Of a stretch of DNA of 64,000 nucleotides, positions 1-37,833 are shown in pieces. The notes under the pieces were generated by a model that worked only from the letters and a program-made list of their open reading frames with translations, ran no database searches and was not told the origin of the DNA. Positions within the stretch are counted from its first letter, which is position 1; every line of letters starts with the position of its first letter. The DNA lies in the NCBI GenBank assembly GCA_964016885.1, contig OZ024760.1:16802001-16866000 (forward strand), read 5' to 3'. The stretch comes from Eledone cirrhosa (lineage: Eukaryota). A program made the position numbers and the translations under genes.

Positions 1-213
1 ATATTGTGTTGTTCACTTTATAATTAAATAGCTCTGTTCTATACATAGAGCACTCTTTTTTCCTTTGCTTTTTCTTCGGAAATACTTCACACACACACAC
101 ACACATATATATTTTTAAAATATATATATATTAGAATAACAGATTAAAGTTTAAGCAAAGAATCTTTGGATTTTATTCTTTGCATTTATTAATATTACTA
201 TATATATATATAT

Positions 214-410
214 ATAGGAACAAGTATGACCCCGACGGCAGAGCTCAAGCCGTTTCGATGGCTATTTCTGGACTCAGAAATAGCCGTCGAAACGGCTTGA
301 GCTCAGCCGTCGGGGTCCTACTCGTTCCTATTACCCACTCTACTACACTAAGTATTGAGTACTTTGGTGCGTTATGGTCCATCTGTTTCCTTACCACAGC
401 TCCTTCGTTT
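214..410. mobile_element. (TA)n-embedded fold-back element, GGACCCCGACGGCTGAGCTC family
   Basis: Inverted arms plus a unique tail. About 10 copies: 214-410, 681-826, 5552-5674, 5793-5955, 8524-8680, 34170-34346, 37613-37794, 44263-44425, 52605-52727, 61112-61316. Contains a hammerhead 3' half, GAAAC-GGCT...AGCC-GTC^-GGGGTCC. Confidence 0.7.
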
Positions 411-436
411 CATATATACATATATATAATCATCCC

Positions 437-491
<55 letters not shown>

Positions 492-636
492 TAGTTTTTG
501 ATCCCCTATGATGGAACACATATCTCTATGTGTACTTCTCTCTATATATTGATTTATAAAGAGCCCTGAATATATATATTGAGATCCCTAAATTATAGGG
601 GATTAATGTGAGTTTTTAACTCCGTTAATTAATTTG

Positions 637-668
<32 letters not shown>

Positions 669-898
669 ATATATATATATAACGAAGGAGGTGTGGTAAG
701 GAACCAGATGGACCATAACGCACCAAAGTACTCAATACTTAGGGTAGTAGAGTGGGTAATAGGAACAAGTATGACCCCGACGGCAGAGCTCAAGCCGTTT
801 CGACAGAGTCCAGAATTAGCCGTCGAATATGTGTGTGTGTGTGTATATATATATATGTGTGTATATATGTATATATATATGTGTGTGTATGTATGTAG

Positions 899-936
<38 letters not shown>

Positions 937-1036
937 ACATACATACACAAACATATGTATATATATATACTCACATATATATATATGTGTGTGTGAGTGT
1001 TATATATAGATTTTATATATAATGTATATAAGCATA

Positions 1037-1067
<31 letters not shown>

Positions 1068-2279
1068 GTTTATATGTGTGTGTGTATGTGTCAATGAAAG
1101 AGTGAGAGAGTGTGTGTGTGTATGAGAAAGGGGGAGAGATAGACAGATAGAGGGGGAGAGGAAGAAATAAGATGGGGGGGGGGAGATAAAATAAGTTTCA
1201 AAGAAAAGATAACTGTGGCGGTGGGGTGGGTTTGCAAGCGGGACGGGGGGGGGGATAAGCGTGACACCCTGGTGGGGCAAAAACTGAAATTAGAAATTAC
1301 TTTGTATATATCTATATATATATATATATATATATATACAATATATATAAATATATATATATTTATATAATATATATATGTATGTATTTGTGTGGATATA
1401 TATAAATGTATATATATATATATATAAATATATATATGTTTATATAATATATAGACGGTGTTCCCAAAAAATGTATACACACTTCAACAGCATTGTAATC
1501 AAAGTGTCTATACATTTTTGGGGTACACCCTGCATATATATATATATGTGTGTATGCTTTTGTATGTGTGCGTGTGTGTGTATGAAATAAATTAAAAATT
1601 GTTTTGTGTGTATAAAGATGTATAAATATATGTATGTATGTATGTATATATATATATATATGTATATATATATGTATATTTATATATATGTATATATGTA
1701 TATTTATATATATATATATGTATATGTATACATATGTATATTTATATATATATATATACATATGTATATTTATATATATGTATATATATATATATGTATA
1801 TATATAGTGTGTGTGTGTGTGTACGTGTGGGTCTGCGTGTGTGTGTGTGTGTGTACAGAAGACCTCAAAAGAATCATTTATAGACCGCCAAAGTCTTTTA
1901 ATAGAAGAAGTTTAATTAATACAGAGAAGGAAATGTCTGGTCAGACATTTAGTGGAATGTTATGGGGGGGATAGGGGGTAGGGGTGTCAGGGAGAGGTGT
2001 GACGGTGTTGTTGTTATAGTTGTGGGGGAGGGTGAGAGGTATAGTGTGTGTGTGTGTTTGTATGAATGAATGTGAGTCTGTGTGTGTGTATGTATGAATG
2101 TGTGTGTGTGTATTTGTATGCATGAATGTGAGTGTGTGTGTGCGTGTGTATGAATGTGTGGTTGTGAGTGTGTGTGTGCGTGTATGTGTGTGTCTGTATG
2201 AATGTGTGTGTGTATATCTGTATGAATGAATGTGAGTGTGTGTGAGTATATGTATGAATGTGTGTGTGTGTATGTATGA

Positions 2280-2312
<33 letters not shown>

Positions 2313-2765
2313 CAAAAAGGAAATAGAAATAGCAAAACAAACGACACAGTATAATGAAGAAATATTTTATCAGTTTTACGGTTGATAAAGGAGGAAAGAA
2401 CCATAACGTTTCGGACACAAGTCCTTCATCAGAAAATAGAATGAGGAATTAACGAAGAAATAAAAAGATTGAGAAGAGTGGGCAATGGAAGAAAGGGAAA
2501 ACAAATTAAATTAAATGTATTATATACAGACGTGTGTACGCATGCGCGTGTGTGTGTGTGTGTGCGCGTGTGTGTGTGTGTGTCAACGACAACAATAAAC
2601 AGTAGAGCCGCTACAATAACAACAATATGTATTTGATGTGACACTATTGACAGGTAAATCTGGGTACATAACACGAATAAACACCTTTTCTCACCTGGGT
2701 AACGGGTGGATCTCAAAGGTGAGGGTATGTCTGTGTATGAATGTAGTCGTGTATTTAGTTGTGTG

Positions 2766-2809
<44 letters not shown>

Positions 2810-2845
2810 TAACATATATATATATATATGTGTGTATGTATGCAT

Positions 2846-2911
<66 letters not shown>

Positions 2912-3050
2912 ATGTATGTATGTATGTGTGCGCATATATGTATGTATATATATATGTATATATATATATATATGTGTGTGTGTGTATGTATGTATATGTA
3001 TGTATGTATATATGTATATATATGTGTGTGTGTATGTATGTATATGTATG

Positions 3051-3081
<31 letters not shown>

Positions 3082-3877
3082 ATGTATGTATATGTATGTA
3101 TATATATATATATATGTGTGTGTATGTATGTATATGTATGTATATATATATATATGTGTGTGTATGTATGTATATGTATGTATGTATATATATATATATG
3201 TATGTGTGTATGTATGTATATATATGTGTGTGTGTATGTATGTATATGTATATATATATATATATATGTGTGTGTATGTATGTATATATATATATATGTG
3301 TGTGTGTGTATGTGCGCATATATGTATGTATATATATATATGTATGTGTGTATGTATATGTATGTATGTACGCATCAAAGAAAAAGATGTAGGAAAGAAA
3401 GGGTGTGTGGGTGGGTGGTGAAGGAGGTGAAAGAGAGAAGAACAGTAAGAGAGAGAGAGAGAGAGAAATAGTCAGTAAGAGAGAGAGGGGGAGTAAGTAA
3501 GGGGATGAGAGTCAGTAAGAGAGAGGGGGAAAAGTAAGTAAGAGAGAGCGAGGATAAGTAAGAAAGAGACAGTAAGAGAGAGCGAGGGTAAGATAGAAAG
3601 AGAGAGAGAGAGAGAGTTAAAGCAGGTATTATAGTTCTCGTTAATTTGATTAAGTGATATGGAGAACTCCAAGACATTAATTGTGTCCCTCAGCTGTGTC
3701 CTCTTTCTCAAATTCTTGCAGTTGGCAGGTAATTCTATCATTTTTTTCATTTTTTATTGATATATTTATTTATCGATCTCTTTGTTTTTTTGTTTTTTGT
3801 TTTGTTTTTTCTTTGTTATTGATTTTGGGGAATTCTTTCATTTTGGCGGTCTTTTGCCTCTCTGGTTCTGTATTTAT

Positions 3878-3929
<52 letters not shown>

Positions 3930-4168
3930 ATAAATAAAGAACCAGAGATGCAAAAGACCGCCAAAATGAAAGAATGCCCCAAAATCAATATATATATATA
4001 TTCCCCAAAATCTCATATAAAATAATACAACCAGCTCTCCACGAAATACTGATTAGTTAGCACCCCAAATACTAAATTGGGATAATACTTAAGTATATCC
4101 TAATGTTTGTTGAGTGAGATGGAGTTGGTTGGAGTATCGCTTAAGGCTTTCTCTGTTTATGTATTGAG

Positions 4169-4213
<45 letters not shown>

Positions 4214-4556
4214 GTATTCCTGTCTGTTTGTTTGTTTGCACAAATCCCCGCTGAAAATTGTTTTCCCTTCGATTTATATGAAATTTAAACCATATTTGTG
4301 AATAGGCATCAAATCTTGTCATTTACCTATGGTTTAAATTTCATATAAATCGAAGGGGAAAGATTTTGTGGCCCCGGGGAACCCTTTGATTAAAATGAAA
4401 TATACTTATCCAAGTACTCTGAGCAATGTAGTTTCAGAATATATACGCTTATGGGGTATATCTCCAAAACGAAAGGAGTAGTTTGTGAACAAACAAGCAA
4501 GCCGACAGAAAATGGTGTATATATATTATCAAATGATTCTATGGACATACTTTATA

Positions 4557-4590
<34 letters not shown>

Positions 4591-4596
<6 letters not shown>

Positions 4597-5505
4597 ATAT
4601 TTGGGGAGGGTCATATTTGCGTAATATTGCCAGAATTAATAACAGAACACACTCACTGTTTGGTTGGTTTTCGCTTCTCGCTGTCTTTTATATATATATA
4701 TCTGCGATCTAACTTACTCGGTCCTCAATGTTGCCATTGACTGACCGGCGGTCAAAAATAATACAGATACAATATAGACAAACACATATATATATAGTTT
4801 ACATAAATCTTTCGTTGCACATCTGCAACATCGTCAGTGGTGTTATATTCATTGTTCCTCCTGTTGTGTTGTATGTCTACGCCATTTTTTTTGTTCAGTC
4901 TGTCTATATATTTATTTATTTATTTGCTTGTTTGTTTATCTTATTTTATTTTGTCTTCTTTGCGCATGCGTTTGCGTGTGTGTATAGTGTTATGTGTGAT
5001 GTGTGACTAGTGTGGATAGTGTTGTGTCTGCTGGGTGACTGGTGTGTGTTTATGTGCTTGTGTATGTATTTATTTATCTTATTTTATTTAATTTAATTTA
5101 CTTATTTATTTATACTTCTCTTAGGTCAGTGTTGTTTGTTTGGGTGTTGTTGTTGTTCCACTCATTCTTTCTGTTTAGCTTTGGTCTTCTAATTTCTATT
5201 TCACTGGCCTCTCTGATTTGCCTATCTGCTGGGTCATTCCTATGTTTAGATATTATTCTAATTTCTATGTTGTCTATGTTACCGTCATGATGTTGTCTAG
5301 CATGTTCGTATAGTACTGACCCGTTTTTTCGTCCTTTTAGTTCCCCCCAGTGTTGGTCTATCCTTTCACCTATGCTACGAGCTGTCTCACCTATGTATGT
5401 TGTTGTCGTGTTTCTGCAAGTACCCTCTGTACATCTTATGCTATAGACTACGTTTCTAGTTTTACAGTTTATCCGGGGGTTCACCTTACATATGATACAT
5501 CGCCG

Positions 5506-5506
<1 letters not shown>
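4591..5506 (-). mobile_element. 5'-truncated Penelope-like retroelement: GIY-YIG endonuclease C-terminus plus 3' tail, inserted in (TA)n
   Basis: Minus-strand frame RRCIICKVNPRINCKTRNVVYSIRCTEGTC...YIGETARSIGERIDQH...LYEHARQHH...REASEI...PKLN (5110-5505) gives CxxC plus GIY-YIG with C/H residues. A hammerhead-like motif lies downstream (4801-4840). (TA)n on both sides. Confidence 0.85.
4801..4840 (-). ncRNA. Hammerhead ribozyme-like motif (degenerate) in the PLE 3' region
   Basis: Minus strand CTGACGA-T-GTTGCA(GATG)TGCAAC-GAAAG-AT-TTA; stem I weak. Confidence 0.6.
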
Positions 5507-5553
<47 letters not shown>

Positions 5554-5673
5554 CGAAGGAAATGTGGTAAGGAACCAGGTGGACCATAACGCACCAAAGT
5601 ACTCAATACTTAGGGTAGTAGAGTGGGTAATAGGAACGAGTAGGACCCCGACGGCTGAGCTCAAGCCGTTTCG

Positions 5674-5731
<58 letters not shown>

Positions 5732-5952
5732 TTCATACATACATATATATATTATAAACTCTCGGGACCCGACGAATCCATATGTATATGCAAAGAGTCA
5801 GGACCCCGACGGCTGAGCTCTGGCCGTTTCGACAGCTAGATCCGAAGCGGCCTGAGCTCAGCCGGCGGGGTCCTATTACCCACTCTACTACCCAAAGTAT
5901 TGAGTACTCTGGTGCGTTATGGTCCACCTGGTTTCTTACCACACTTGCTTTG

Positions 5953-6047
<95 letters not shown>

Positions 6048-6540
6048 ACGTTGCTGAGACATGGGAGTACTCAATACATGGAGAAATGCAGAGTGGGTAT
6101 AGAGATATGTAAAACCCTGACCGCGGCGCCAAGAGGTTTCGGCTTGTCTGTTCAGCAAACCTTTCGGGGGGGGGGGGGGGCTGTAGTTTACACATCTATA
6201 AATTGTCGGGTCTCCGATGTTTCCGCCAACGAATACACCTGTTGATTCATCGAAATTCCTTGCTCGTGAAATTAACGTAGAAGTGTCTGAGCATTCCACA
6301 AATACGTTAATACTGAACATAATTCTCAGGGAGATTCAGCGTAACTCAATGTGTGACACGGTTGGCTGCCCCCCCTTGAATTACAGGTACAACTTACTTT
6401 TACCATATGAGTAGATTGGAACGAGGTGAAATAAACTGTTTTTCTTGCGCAATGACAGAGAACGTACCGGCCCGTCCGGGAATCGATCTCACAACCTTAC
6501 GATCGTGTGCTGAACATCCAGACGTGTATGTGTGTTTTGT

Positions 6541-6637
<97 letters not shown>

Positions 6638-6894
6638 AGAGCCTTGTTTCAGTGGGGCACCAGGGGACAAGTCCCCGCCCCCACTTTTTCAAACGTCTAT
6701 ATTTTATTTTTTGTTTATTTGATATAATAAATTCTTTTTAAGCTTCATTTGAACTTCATTTGAATATATAAAATTTAATTAATTACCGTAAAATTTTACT
6801 TATGTGATAGGGTCCGGGAAAGGCACCATAAGCAATTTATGCTCCTTTAAGAATCAACAAATGTTGGTTTGTCCCCCTCTCATTTTTAAGGCCC

Positions 6895-6947
<53 letters not shown>

Positions 6948-8289
6948 TGCTACTGGTAACATGTAACCCAGTACAACCTGTCTCATGGTCGGGTAGTCGG
7001 CGACTAAACCGGCAACCCCACCAAGTTTGCTTGGTGAGGAGGGTGATATTTGGATACCCTGCGGGATGAAATACAAGACCCGGCAAAGGGCGGAGAAACT
7101 CAGCAAAGTCAACGGCCATCCAAATAGTAGTAGTTGTTTTTTAGTTTTTTTTTTTTGTGTTTTTTTTTTTCACCTGGGAGTGAAAGGCCCCCAGTTGTTG
7201 TCACAACACCTTTCTAAGAGAGGGAAACTCTGAAAAAAAATCCCTCCGAAGTCAACTTTACCTTTCAACCTTCTGGAGGTCGATAAAATAAAGTACTAGC
7301 TAAGTACTGAGGTTGATATAATCTTCTTTTCCTCTTCCCCCAAATTATTGGCCTAGTGCTAATGTTAGAAAAAATGATCAAGGTCAAGACAGTGTCTTCC
7401 ATTGATTCTTTCCTGAGACATTCTAACCACATGTGCATAGTATTGGAGCTGTGATCTCTCAATTCTGAGAAGTAGTGGCTCTACCTGGAGTGACTCTCTG
7501 ATCTCTGAGCTACAAATATGTCCAGTGATTCTTTCCTGAGACATTCTAACCACATGTCCATAGTATCGGAGCTGGGATCTCTCAATTCGGATAAAACCAA
7601 CCAACAGGAGACCCAGGGGTAAACCCCGAGCAAGATTGCTGGATAACATCCATGGGTTTGGATTGTCTCGCTTGGGGATCCATAAAAAATTATTTTTCGA
7701 AAATAAAAAAGACGAAAGACACATGTGTGTGTGTGTGTGTGTGTGCCTGTGTGTGTTAATAAATAAGTTTTTTTAATTAATTTTATTATTTATTGATCTT
7801 TTAAGATGGCGTACTCTGCACTTCCGGGCCTAATCGGAAGTCTAACTTCAATGGCAAAGATCGTCTCTCTAGCTCCGTCGACGTGGTTGACAGTACTATC
7901 GGTAAGTGGCGAAACCTGTTATCATTTTTCGTTATATTGAAGAAACGGATGGTAGGACAGCATTTGACAGAGTCGCTTTGGTGCAATATTAAAAAATAGC
8001 TCGGTATTTGTTCGGGCTCGCTATCAATTTCAACTTTACATTTCATTCGAAATAAGACAGCAAGCCAGTAGTGAATGTAGTATAGCTAGAGTGTGTGTGT
8101 GCCACTCGGGGAAACCCTTGAGTTTATGCCCCTCTCTCTGAGTCCCCTCAATAAGGTAAGGAATGTCTATACATCCCAAAAGGCCGTCTCCATAAAAGTG
8201 CCCCCCCCCCCCCGGCGACAGACAACATCCTCACCCCCGCCACCCTTTTCTCTCCCTGTCTTTCTTTCTATGGAAGAATTTGGCTGCGT

Positions 8290-8336
<47 letters not shown>

Positions 8337-8392
8337 GAGACGTATAGAGATTGTTTTAGCAAGAAGCTAACGGCATTCTATAACATATATGC

Positions 8393-8427
<35 letters not shown>

Positions 8428-8454
8428 GAAAGTGAACAACACAAAATATAACTA

Positions 8455-8520
8455 CTCCATTACCAAAGGTTTCTGGATCCCAGACAATATTAATATGTCT
8501 GAATCGGTCGTCAGACAGAG
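8455..8520 (-). ncRNA. Type I hammerhead ribozyme
   Basis: ctctgt-CTGACGA-stem II (GATTCAGACA...TGTCTGGGATC)-GAAACC-TTT-GGTA^-atggag; stems I, II and III can all be paired. Confidence 0.75.
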
Positions 8521-8753
8521 ATGTTATCTTGTGGTTGTAGAGTGGGTCATATGAAAAGATTCAGGACCCCGACGGCTGAGCTCCGGCAGTTTCGACAGTT
8601 AGATCCGATATATATATATATAATCTTTTCATATGACCCACTCTACAACCACAAGTATTGAGTACTCACCCTATCTGACACATATATATATACACGTGCA
8701 TGTATATATATATACACACGTGTGTAATGTATATATGTATGTACACACACACA

Positions 8754-8807
<54 letters not shown>

Positions 8808-9149
8808 TTGTGTATACATATAAATGTATATATGTATACACACACACACATATATATATATATATACACATACATTTATATATATATATACACACATTGT
8901 TCCTTTAAGATCTTGACCTTTTTAATCATTGATTGATCTTTCATCAAATTACCCCCCCCCCCCCTCATCAACCCCCCCCCCCCCCCCCCCCCTCATCACC
9001 CCTCAGTAACTACACCCCAACATCTCCCCACTGATATCTCTACTTCTACTATACGCCAGACCCCCGCCCTCCCCCGCCTACATCAGCCCACACCCTCGCC
9101 ACCATCACTGGCTGTTCTTTTGAAATTCATCATCACAACAATACTCCTC

Positions 9150-9709
9150 CACCACACACCACCACCGCCACACACCACCGCCGCCTCCGCCGCCGCCACC
9201 ACTACACCACCACCACCACCACCACACACCGCCGCCACCACCACCACCACTACACACCACCACTACACACCGCCACTCGACCACCACCAACACACACCAC
9301 CGCACCACCACCACTCCACCACCATCCTCTCCAAACTACCACCACCACCACTCCACCACTACCAACACACACCACCACCACCACCACCACTACACACCAC
9401 CACCACACCGCCACCACCACTACACACCACCACTACACACCGCCACTCCACCACTACACACCGCCACTCCACCACTACCAACACACACCACCACCACCAC
9501 CACCACCACTACACACCACCACCACCACTCCGCCACCACCACTACACACCACCACCACCACATAACCACCACCACCACCACCACTACACACCACCACCAC
9601 TCCACCACCACCACTCCGCCATTGTTGATTCAAATATCTTTGGTAGAATTATTACTTCCGTCGGCTTTTGGTCGGTTTCTTTTGTTATCTGGTCTTTTGT
9701 GTGGTATTG

Positions 9710-9741
<32 letters not shown>

Positions 9742-10320
9742 GGTGGTATGTGTTGTAGTAGTAGTAGTAGTGGTGGTGGTGGTGGTGGTGGTATGTGTTG
9801 TAGTTGTTGTTGTAGTTGTGGTAGTAGTAGTAGTTGTTGTTGTTGTAGTGGTAGTAGTGGTGGTAGTAGGGGTTGTAGTGGTGGGGTGGTAGTAGGGGTT
9901 GTAGTGGTGGTGGTGGTAGTAGGGGTTGTCGTAGTTGTTATAGTTGTAGTGGTAGTAGTGGTGGTAGTAGGGGTTGTAGTTGTTGTTGTTTTTGTTGTTG
10001 TTGTAGTGGTAGTAGTGGTGGTAGTAGGGGTTGTAGTGGTGGGGTGGTAGTAGGGGTTGTAGTGGTGGGGTGGTAGTAGGGGTTGTAGTGGTGGTGGTGG
10101 TAGTAGGGGTTGTCGTACTTGTTGTAGTGGTAGTAGTGGTGATGGTGGTAGTAGGGGTTGTAGTTGTTGTAGTAGTGGTAGTAGTAGTAGTAGTTGTAGT
10201 AGTAGTAGTGGTGGTGGTGGTAGTAGGAGTTGTAGCTGTTGTAGTTATAGTTGTAGTAGTAGTAGTTGTTGCTGTAGCTGTTTTTATTGTAGTAGTAGTA
10301 GTAGTAGTAGTTGTAGTTGT
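9150..10320. repeat. Low-complexity (CAC)n block followed by a (GTA/GTG/GTT)n block
   Basis: Direct inspection. Confidence 0.85.
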
Positions 10321-10605
10321 CATTGGGAGTGATTATTTAATTCAATTTGGCTGTTATTTCTAGCAGGTCAAACGATATTGTTGAGACAACTGTAACACTC
10401 ACCGTCGCAACCACCTGAGATCCAACAACAACAACATTGCTAGATCAGGAGATAAAATACTGTAAACAGCAAGATGAAGGATTAACATGGATACAGCTCT
10501 ACTCTCTCTCTCTTTCTTTCTCTCTCTCTCTCTCTTTCTTTCTTTCTCTCTCTCTCTCTCTTTCTTTCTTTCTCCTCTCTCTCTCTCTCCCCTCTCTCTC
10601 TCTCT

Positions 10606-10646
<41 letters not shown>

Positions 10647-11521
10647 AATATACAGGGTGTCCCAAAATAATATATACACACACTGAAACACACACACACT
10701 CACACACACATATATATATAGATACACACACACAAATATACAGGGTGTCCCAAAATAATATATACACACACTCACACACACATATATATATATATAAACA
10801 TACACACACTCACACACACACACATATATATACAACCACTATCTATTTCTATCCCTCTCTGATATATATATAGATACACACACACACACTTATATATACC
10901 ACGCACACTTATATATACACACACACTTATATATACCACGCACACTTATATATACACACACACTTATATATACACGCACACTTATATATACACACACACT
11001 TATATATACACACACACTTATATATACACACACACTTATATATACACACACACTTATATATACAAACACACGCATGTGTAGATACACACATATGTATGTA
11101 TGTATGTATGTACACGTACACATATATATACACATATACATATACGTGTATACTTACCTACATACACACATATATATATATATATATATACACACATCCA
11201 TATACATACACACACACATATATATATATACACACATATATATATATACACACATCCATATACATACACACATATATATATATATATATATACACACATC
11301 CATATACATACACACACACATATATATATATACACACATCCATACACACACACACACACTCACATACACACATACCCTCATCCTGTTTCTCTATTCAACT
11401 ATAAAGATGAGAGAAAGAAGTTCTTCTATAAACATCTTCCACCATATTTTATTTACCATTCCAGAGATAACAATACCACCATTGATAGATGTTCTGATTT
11501 ACCAAAGATATTCTACTAAAA

Positions 11522-11555
<34 letters not shown>

Positions 11556-11913
11556 CTCTGTGTGTATAAATATGTATATAAATATATATATATGTGTATA
11601 TATATATTTATATATATCTATGTGTATATATATATATGAATATATATTTATATATATATATGAATATATATATATATATATATATATGAATATATATATT
11701 TTTATATATTTATATATATCTATATGTGTATATATATATATATGAATATATATTTATATATATAATATTTATATATATATATACATTTATATATTTGTAT
11801 ACATATATTTATATACATATGATATATATACATATAATATATATATTTATATATATATATATTTATATATATACATATGATATATATATATACATATAAT
11901 ATATATATATATT

Positions 11914-11954
<41 letters not shown>

Positions 11955-12214
11955 CTTCTTAATAAATATTTCATCATACAAAATTCTATAGAATTTTATA
12001 GGTTTTTTTAAAATGTTTTTGCTGTTTTGGGAAATTGTTTTTCTTTAGTCTTTCAACCTCGTTATTCCAGATTCTGTTCAAGTGTTTTTTTTTCATTTTT
12101 TTTTCTTTTTCAAAGAATTTTGTAGGATATGTTTATGTTTATCCAACCATCTTGCTTGGTGTCTACCCCTGGGTTTCCTGTCAGTTGGTTTTGACCAGAA
12201 AATATGTCCTAAGT

Positions 12215-12860
12215 TTCTTTTCTGAGACATTCTAACCCTGATATTACAGCCCTGTAATATCAGAGCTGTGATCTCTCATTTCGAAGAAGTAGCAGCTCTA
12301 TCTGGAGTGACTCTCTGATCTCTGAGCTACAAATCTGTCCATAAATTCTTTCCTGAGACATTCCATAATACATGCCCATAGTATCGGAGCTGTGATCTCT
12401 CAATTCAGAGAAGTAGTGGTTTTACCTGGAGTGACTCTTTCCTGAGATATTCTAACCCCATGCCTGTAGTATCAGAGCTGTGATCTCTCTATTTGGAGAA
12501 GTAGAAACTGTACTTTAAGTGACCTTCTGATCTCAAAGCTACAAATATATCCAGCAATTCTTTCCTGAGACATTCTAATCACATGCCCATAGTATCAGAG
12601 CTGTGATCCCTCAATTCGAAGAAGTAGCAGCTCTATCTGGAGTGACTCTCTGATCACCGAGCTACAAATATGTCCAGCAATTCTTTCCTGAGACATTCTA
12701 ACCACATGTCCATAGTATCAGAGCTGTGATCCCTCAATTCGGAGAAGTAGCAGCTCTATCTGGAGTAACTCTCTGATCATCGAGCTACAAATATGTCCAG
12801 CAATTCTTTCCTGAGATATTCTAACCACATTCCCATCGTATCCCAGCTGTGATCTCTCAG
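12215..12860 (-). repeat. ~123-bp tandem repeat derived from RTE ORF2 C-terminus
   Basis: About 5 units. The related array at 7405-7590 encodes SSEIRESLQVEPLLLRIERSQLRYYGHVVRMSQER on the minus strand. Confidence 0.75.
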
Positions 12861-13040
12861 AGTGTGTGAGGACTCTTCCCCCATCACGCTCTCAGGAATA
12901 AATGAGCAAAGAAGAAGGTTTTTATGTTTATCTCTTCTCTCTCTCAATATATGTGAAGTGACACAGTAATCTCTTTTGTTATAGTTTTCCTTATATTATG
13001 AAATAAAAACATGTCTTTTTGCTTGTATCTTTGTCTACAG

Positions 13041-37329
<24,289 letters not shown>

Positions 37330-37426
37330 CCCTTGCAGAGAGACACAGAGTGAGGCAAAGAAACTCTCGCATTAGACATCTACTAAAAATACACACATAT
37401 ATACACACACACACACACTCACACAT

Positions 37427-37469
<43 letters not shown>

Positions 37470-37487
37470 TTTAAATATACATATGTA

Positions 37488-37526
<39 letters not shown>

Positions 37527-37791
37527 CATAATATAAGTACCAGTAATGCACTGGGTAATTGCTGGCCTTGTGACAAATGTAGAAACAATTATATATATAT
37601 ATATATATATATAACGAAGGAAATGTGGTAAGGAACCAGGTGGACCATAACGCACCAAAGTACTCAATACTTGGGGTAGTAGAGTGGGTAATAGGAACCA
37701 GTAAGACCCCGACGGCTGAGCTCAAGCCGTTTTATTTTCAGAATTAGCCGTCGAAACGGCTTGAGCTCAGCCGTCGGGGTCTTACTGGTTC

Positions 37792-37833
<42 letters not shown>

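Noticed and set aside
4212-4560. Possible Helitron-like non-autonomous element with an internal inverted repeat (4262-4360)
   Set aside because: It is single-copy in the window and diagnostic termini could not be established.
5110-5505. Selenoprotein recoding, as reported for some Naiad PLEs
   Set aside because: There is no in-frame TGA in the visible fragment and no SECIS could be identified by eye.
7806-7901. 32-codon ATG exon as the cadherin signal peptide
   Set aside because: It ends in phase 0 while exon 13041 needs phase 1, it is only weakly hydrophobic, and no bridging exon was found.
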